Of a DNA stretch of 64,000 nucleotides, positions 59,001 to 64,000 are shown in pieces (positions within the stretch are counted from its first letter, which is position 1; every line of letters begins with the position of its first letter). The notes under the pieces are model-generated. The model worked only from the letters and a program-made list of their open reading frames with translations, did no database searches and was not told the DNA's origin. The stretch comes from Raja brachyura (taxonomy: Eukaryota), in assembly GCA_963514005.1 (NCBI GenBank), contig OY740812.1, forward strand, positions 19,344,001 to 19,408,000, written 5' to 3'. The translations under genes were made by a program, and so were the position numbers.

Positions 59001-60181
59001 GCTAGTTAGTAATCACAGCATAATGAAACATTTTAAAACTCAACATGCCGCATGGAACAATTTCGTACCTGCTCAAGAATTTTTTGAGTAGAACATAAAA
59101 AGGAGAACTTTTGCAGTCATTGCAAAGTATAAATCTACATTTTATCTTTTAAATTTGTTTTGGTAATTACACAGCTTTGTTGGTTTAATGCTGAGTTGCT
59201 GTATTTGAGGTTTGGTTATCGTGCTTTGTCCCTTCATGTGCTTTAGCCAACTCAGCAAGCAGCAGGAAATACAGGCAAGACTCTGCTGACTGTTTATTTC
59301 ATTCCTAAACAATGTTCCATTAACCCCTTGAGTCATCAGGGAAGGAGAGATTAGGTCGCCTTTCTCATCAGAAACCTGGATTTTTCCAGGATCTGAGTGA
59401 AAATGGCCGCGTAATTCAGTACACGTGCAAAACTTGATGCATCCGAGACCAGTCTGTGATTGCCTTTGGTGTCATGTTTTTTTCTAATGTGGGACGACAC
59501 TAGTCGTGCTAATAATCTCCCCATGATTAAATAATCTGAACATGGATCCCATCAGTCAGATATAGCTGTGAGTTTAGTTTAGTGACACCCTTCGGCCCAC
59601 CGAGTGCAAACATCGACCATTCATTCACACACTAGTTCTATGTTATCCTACTTTTTCATCCACTCACTGCACATTAGCGGTAATTTTTAGAGGCCAGTTA
59701 TCCTATATATTAAGCCACATATCTTTGGGATGTGGGAGAAAACCGGAGCACTTGGAGGAAATCCACATGGTCCATAAAGGGAGAATATGCAAACTCCACA
59801 CAGTAAGCACCCAAGGTCAATATTGAACCAGGGTCTCTGGCTCTGAGAGACCGTGGCTCCTCCAGCTGCACTACCGTGCTGCCCAAAATGTGTCGCCATA
59901 GCAGTTTTTTAACATGCCATTGTGGTTTCACCTGTGACCAACCATTTCAAGATTGTCTAAATGTGAAAGCTTAAAAGGATGTCAATATTCTGAAAACATG
60001 TAAGGAAATGCTTACCAATAATTTTATTTTGTATTTTAGGTGCTGTATTTGGTTTTCTGCTGGGCCAATACATACCCGAGAATATCAAATTCATCCAATA
60101 TGTTGTGACCTCAATCTTGCTACTGCTCAGTGGTACAGGCCTGTACTGGGGATTGCATTACTTTGGTGTAAACGTTTCTTG
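46823..60181 (+). CDS. G6PC3: Glucose-6-phosphatase catalytic subunit 3 (G6Pase-beta), partial: join(46823-47040,48882-48991,53924-54014,57958-58076,60040-60181); exon 6 not found in the window
   Basis: Exons of 218/110/91/119/142 nt join in frame with GT-AG borders. PAP2 phosphatase motifs K72-x6-R79P, PSGH115 and SR162-x5-H168-x3-Q are present. Exon sizes and the head-to-head position beside LSM12 fit G6PC3 rather than G6PC1/2. Confidence 0.95.
47377..47502 (+). mobile_element. Short PLE-derived hammerhead-like repeat with 10-bp TSD, in G6PC3 intron 1
   Basis: GACATAAGTC duplicated at 47367-47376 and 47503-47512; degenerate core ctaaagaag...acccaaaacgtc. Confidence 0.8.
48882..48991 (+). 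CDS. G6PC3: G6PC3 coding exon 2
   Basis: ttcttaatAG|G; [15 protein letters not shown]...SCETGP; donor AG|GTTTGT. Confidence 0.95.
50262..50543 (-). mobile_element. HE1-like V-SINE
   Basis: Reverse complement of the SINE: tagtttagtttagagatacagcatggaaacaggccc ... cagcaactctac...gccactgtgccacc. Confidence 0.85.
51530..51900 (-). mobile_element. CR1/HER1 LINE 3' fragment
   Basis: gaattccacagattcacca (reverse strand VNLWNS); same subfamily as 23405-24022. Confidence 0.7.
52350..52712 (+). mobile_element. CR1/HER1 LINE 3' fragment
   Basis: [14 protein letters not shown]...SRTRGHRF; tail aagggcctgtttccacact shared with the HE1-like SINEs. Confidence 0.8.
53040..53748 (+). mobile_element. Non-autonomous Helitron-like element interrupted by a MITE
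   Basis: A|TC start (53039|53040), (tgtt)n microsatellite near the 5' end, degenerate GC-rich hairpin ggacccgacggattc, and CTAG|T end at 53745-53749; no TSD. Confidence 0.65.
53051..53368. mobile_element. PIF/Harbinger-like MITE (~320 bp)
   Basis: ~45-bp TIRs GGCCTTGTCCCACTGTACGAG...CTCCCGAGTTT / AAACTCGGGAG...ACAGTGGGACAGGGCC, with TAA on both flanks. Confidence 0.85.
53924..54014 (+). CDS. G6PC3: G6PC3 coding exon 3
   Basis: ttttctgcttcAG|GC AGT CCT TCC GGC CAT (GSPSGH); donor AG|GTTTGT. Confidence 0.95.
56090..57118. mobile_element. Non-autonomous DNA transposon (~1.03 kb), superfamily unassigned
   Basis: 18-bp TIRs TGTAGGTATGTTACAAAA / TTTTGTAACATTGCTACA (2 mismatches), TAT on both flanks, CpG-rich left half, no coding capacity. 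Confidence 0.7.
57958..58076 (+). CDS. G6PC3: G6PC3 coding exon 4
   Basis: ctttaAG|C; [39 protein letters not shown]; donor AG|GTGAGA. Confidence 0.95.
58410..58626 (+). mobile_element. CR1/HER1 LINE 3' tail
   Basis: ttcacacaaagggtggtggctgtgtggaac...gggccaaagggcctgtttcc. Confidence 0.75.
59570..59884 (-). mobile_element. HE1-related SINE
   Basis: ccttcggcccaccgag...tgtgggagaaaaccggagcac...gaaccagggtctctgg...accgtgctgccc. Confidence 0.78.
60040..60181 (+). CDS. G6PC3: G6PC3 coding exon 5
   Basis: ttttgtattttAG|GT GCT GTA ...; [12 protein letters not shown]...[13 protein letters not shown]; donor TG|GTAAGT. Confidence 0.93.
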
Positions 60182-60481
60182 GTAAGTACAGCAATCTTCA
60201 CACATTTCATTCCTGGCAACAATTGCTTTTAAATTTCTGTGCCTTTTAAGTGGCAAACATCTATTAGAGAAAGGGACTACTGTAAACAAATTAGAAATGA
60301 AAAGCGTAGAGTTTAAGGGGAAGACATTTCTTGTACTCAACCAGTCCTGTGAATTAAGTCAGAAGTTGGAGGGGCACACGATCATGGAGACAGCATAGAA
60401 CAAGCCTGTCAGCCCTCCGAGTCTGTGCTAACCATTGAATGGCTAAACCTTTATTTATTTATAAAGGATTTATACCCATCC

Positions 60482-60896
60482 CTGGGCAGTGGGCAGGTGC
60501 CATAGACCTGCACGGGAAAGTAGATGCTCACGCCCCCACGAGTCTCGGGCAGATGCGGCTCGTCGGTCTGGGAAGGCAGCCCATCTAGGAGAGAGAAAAC
60601 TCTGATTTAAAAACTCCACTGCCTTGTGGCCATACCCATTCACGGAAATGCTCCAGGAGTAAACCTCAAGAAAATCCGGAGTCGGAGCCCCTAAGGCAGT
60701 TCGCCGTTGTCTACAACCTCGATCTGGCAGCTGGTGCCAAACTGTAACGGCCCTGCTGTTCCTTTGGATCGATCAGCGACGTGGAGAGGGGGACGTGCTG
60801 CATGGGCAACAGCCTGTCCTCCATATGACATCGCCCAGGCTTGCATTCAACCAGGATGCATCACCCATGGTCAGTCATGACCGAGGGGGGGTCTAC
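60482..60896 (+). mobile_element. RTE-clade-derived non-autonomous retroelement (~415 bp) inserted in an old SINE
   Basis: RTE 5'-UTR-like ggcagcccatctaggagagagaaaactctgat and gagtaaacc motifs; 11-bp TSD TATACC(C/T)ATCC at 60471-60481 and 60897-60907. Confidence 0.6.
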
Positions 60897-62705
60897 TATA
60901 CCTATCCTCTCCTAGTCCATTTTATTCACCCTGCATTCCCATTAACTCATCCGCACCTCTCCCAAAAGATTCTACCATCTACACACCAGAGGAAATTTAC
61001 AGTGGTCAATTAATATACCAACCAGTAGGTCTTTGGGATGTGTGGGAGGGTCCATTTTAAGTGTAGGCATTGAGGTCTATTCATTAATCCTCACAGTTCA
61101 AAATATGCTAAGGAATATTCCAACAACTGCTTTGGTCTTCGTCTTGCAAGCTTCACCAGCAACTGAAGCCAAAGGCTTGGCCTCCAATGATTATGTGATA
61201 CATGCCCATTAACAAGTAAGTGTAGAGCATGTAAATGAAGATGTGGTGAGATCAATGGGAGGAGGCTTGTGATTGGGGGCCTGCAGGGGCATGCAGATGG
61301 AGTTCAAAGCTTAAGTGAAGGAGTCTGGAGATCTGAGGTGGAGTGGCTGGGTTTCTGAGCCAGGTAAGTTGGCCAACTTTGGAGATTGGTAGATAATCTC
61401 TGGTTTATAAATAGATCAGGTGTATTTGAAGAAATAAACCATAGGGGAACCAGGTTGGGTCATAGGGCTAAACTGAACGGTGTTGGATTGACAGGCACTC
61501 TTCAGAACAACATGTGCCAATGCCTCTTACAAGGTCCCTCACACACCATCATACATGCAACTGATAAAAATAATGCATCAAGATGCAAAAAACGACCTGG
61601 GCAGGTTTTCTAACCAACACAATCCAACATGGCTGCAGTTATGTTTCACTCTGGAAATAAGTGATTTCAAGATGCGTGATGCTGAACCAAAGCCCTATGT
61701 GTTTGCATTTCTAGGCCAGAAATGTCTAACTGAGAACATTGGCACAAAAATTTAACAAAAGACAGAACGAGAAATAATCTTTTGTGTTCAGAATATGTAA
61801 GTGTGAATTGAGAGCGTGAGTAATTTAGAATGTCTCATCTCGATGCTGCTGCATATTATAAAGTCATCAATCCTTTAATCAGCGAGGAGCAATTTAAGCT
61901 AATTATTTTCATGCCAGACTCACAATGGTAGGAGCTCGTTAGTTTTAGGTGGACAATACAATTTTGTAACGAAGATGAAATAGATCTTGTAATCACCAGG
62001 TGAAATAAATCTGGCAGATTCAGTGAATGGATTTGTATCTACAAAACATAAGTGTTTATATAGCCTGTGGCCTTCAGCTGGGCGTGCCTTCCGATTTGAA
62101 TTTATTACAGGTAACTTATTGAAAAGCATTCAGGCAATAAAAGAATACAGATTATGGGATCTGATTAACTATTATGGTAGGGCAATCTATTCGTGAATTC
62201 CCAATATTCTTTCCCTGTAACATACATAAGGGTCCATCGACTCTTATAACTTTCTTTTTGCCTTTGACCTACATTTTAGTGTAACTTACAGTGGCCAATA
62301 AACCTACCAGTACATCTATATTTTGGTTGGGGGGGGGGGGGGGGGGGGAGGGAACCAGGGCACCATGGGAAACACGTGTGGTCATGCAGGGAACATGTGA
62401 ATTTTGCTCAGTCAGCCCCTAAAGTCGGGATTAAACCTGACCTTGGCACATGTTGTTCTGAAGAGTGCCTGTCAATTTATAAAAGGCCTGTGAATAAATT
62501 GTGTGGGAATTAGCCATCCATGTGTTGTATAGTGTCCCATTCAATGTGGACAGTGGAGACACACTTACGGGATTGCACAGTTACAACAGCTCATCAGATC
62601 CTTTGGCCCAGCATCAAGCAAACTTGCATACTGAGTTCATTACATAGATTGAGATTCATAGGAGGTATTTTCTTTGTTGTAAGGGAGACTTCAAAAGGGA
62701 AAATA

Positions 62706-62827
62706 CTGAAGAAAGGTTCCAACCCGAAACGTCACCTATTCCTTTTCTCCAGAGATAGTGCCCGACCTGCTGAAGTACTCAGAATTTGTGTCCATCTTCG
62801 GTTTTAAACCAGCGTCTGCAGTTACTT
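62706..62827 (+). mobile_element. Short PLE-derived hammerhead-like repeat (intact GAAACGTC)
   Basis: CTGAAGA-AA-GGTT-CC-AACC-C-GAAACGTC at 62706-62733, followed by the common body. Confidence 0.78.
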
Positions 62828-63062
62828 AAATGTGTTGCCTCTTAGATTTTCAAGGGAGAGTTGGCCCTTGTGAATTTGAAAGCACTTTGCATTCTTTTCT
62901 TTCATACAGAGGCTGAAGATCCAATCCCCACAAGCATGTGCCCGAGTTTTGTTTCCTTCATCATGCCATTGTTAAAGAACAAGCATCTATTGCCAAACAG
63001 GAAGGAAAATACTTTTATTTTTTGTGATGAAAATGTTTTCTTTTAGCAGGTGATACCATCAT

Positions 63063-63540
63063 GGGTCTGTCCCACTTAGGTGACTTTTTAGGCTAGTGGA
63101 GGAGACTCTAAGCTCGCCACATGGTCGCTGATGGTCTCTGGTGGTCACGAGGAGTTCCCGCATTCTGGGAACTAGTCGCGGCCTCAGTATGGTCGCCGCA
63201 GATTTTTCAACATGGTCGCCATGGAGTTAATCGATATTGCTGTAGTCGTAGGTGCAGTTGTGGTGGGGTCGCCATGTCGTTGTAGGGTAGTCGTAGGTAG
63301 TTTTAGTTAATTGCCTTTGCTGACCGGTCATTTTCATTGGCTCATTGGGGGAATAAAACGTAAGCAGGAGTTTTCAGAACCAAGGATAACTGACCAGTAA
63401 TGTTAAATGTCCCCCGAACTTCACAGCCGTGTATCTCTCACTTATTAAAAGTTGTCTCGCTTCTTAAAAGTTGTCTCCACTTCTTCTCCTCCCCCCTTCT
63501 CCCCCCCACCCTCTTTTAAAGGACTTACCGCACACTGTGG
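63063..63540 (+). mobile_element. Partial PIF/Harbinger-like MITE
   Basis: Starts GGGTCTGTCCCACTTAGG (related to the TIR at 53052), with internal atggtcgc repeats; right TIR not seen. Confidence 0.55.
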
Positions 63541-63854
63541 AAGGTACCATCTTAATTACAGCGCTAACATGTCCTCTGGAGTGTGCAAAGTATCCAAAGA
63601 CAAACATGTTTGCAAAGCACTCTTTTGTAAAGCATTTGGACATTCTTATCGTATGGTTTAACGCCAATCTGATCAGCGTTTTTCAAACAGGGAGATGTAA
63701 CAGTTAGGCTGATGTTCATTTTCACCAATGCACCAAATTGCACTGTGATGGAGCCAATAATTAAAGTCGGCATGACAACCCTTCAGGCTTTTCCCACGTT
63801 CTGCAGAAATTAATCTTCAGAGCATTGCTGTATAATAAGCTGTATACAACCTAA

Positions 63855-64000
63855 TAATAAGCCAACCAGATGGACTATACGCTCGGGTTCTGAAAGAGGT
63901 AGCTGTTGAGATCGTGGAGGCATTGACGGTGATCTTTCAAGAATCACTAGAGTCAGGAATGGTTCCAGAGGACAGGAAAATCGCAAATGTAAATCCACTG
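63855..64000 (+). mobile_element. CR1 LINE ORF2 fragment running off the window
   Basis: Translates GLYARVLKEVAVEIVEALTVIFQESLESGMVPEDRKIANVNPL. Confidence 0.85.

Noticed and set aside
60182-64000. G6PC3 exon 6
   Set aside because: No KWC..PEW-like coding segment was found; the exon presumably lies beyond the window, so the gene is not called truncated.

Overview
Vertebrate genomic DNA, very likely a cartilaginous fish (skate/ray type; inferred from HE1-like V-SINEs, HER1/CR1-type LINEs and the repeat landscape). Two spliced genes lie head-to-head. LSM12 is complete on the minus strand: 5 coding exons, 39708->7476, 588 nt, 195 aa; its first intron is a U12-type (minor spliceosome) GT-AG intron. 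G6PC3 is on the plus strand: coding exons 1-5, 46823-60181; its last exon was not found in the window. The rest is intronic/intergenic and dense in mobile elements: a decayed IR/DR-type Tc1, CR1/HER1 and Rex1/Babar LINE remnants, HE1-like SINEs, Penelope-like (PLE) remnants, a Helitron with a nested MITE, other non-autonomous DNA transposons, an RTE-derived element and a probable solo LTR. The most striking unexplained structure is a dispersed ~90-135 nt PLE-derived repeat, about 20 copies by eye. It begins at a hammerhead-ribozyme-like core (CTGAAGA-stemII-GAAACGTC), inserts independently with 9-18 bp target-site duplications and forms fold-back dimers. Other items to check: a Trp->Ser change inside the G6PC3 phosphatase motif, a candidate unannotated spliced transcript downstream of LSM12, and a candidate alternative/poison exon in LSM12. 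Almost all ORFs in the supplied track are spurious or TE-derived. All calls were made by eye without database searches, and repeat boundaries are approximate.
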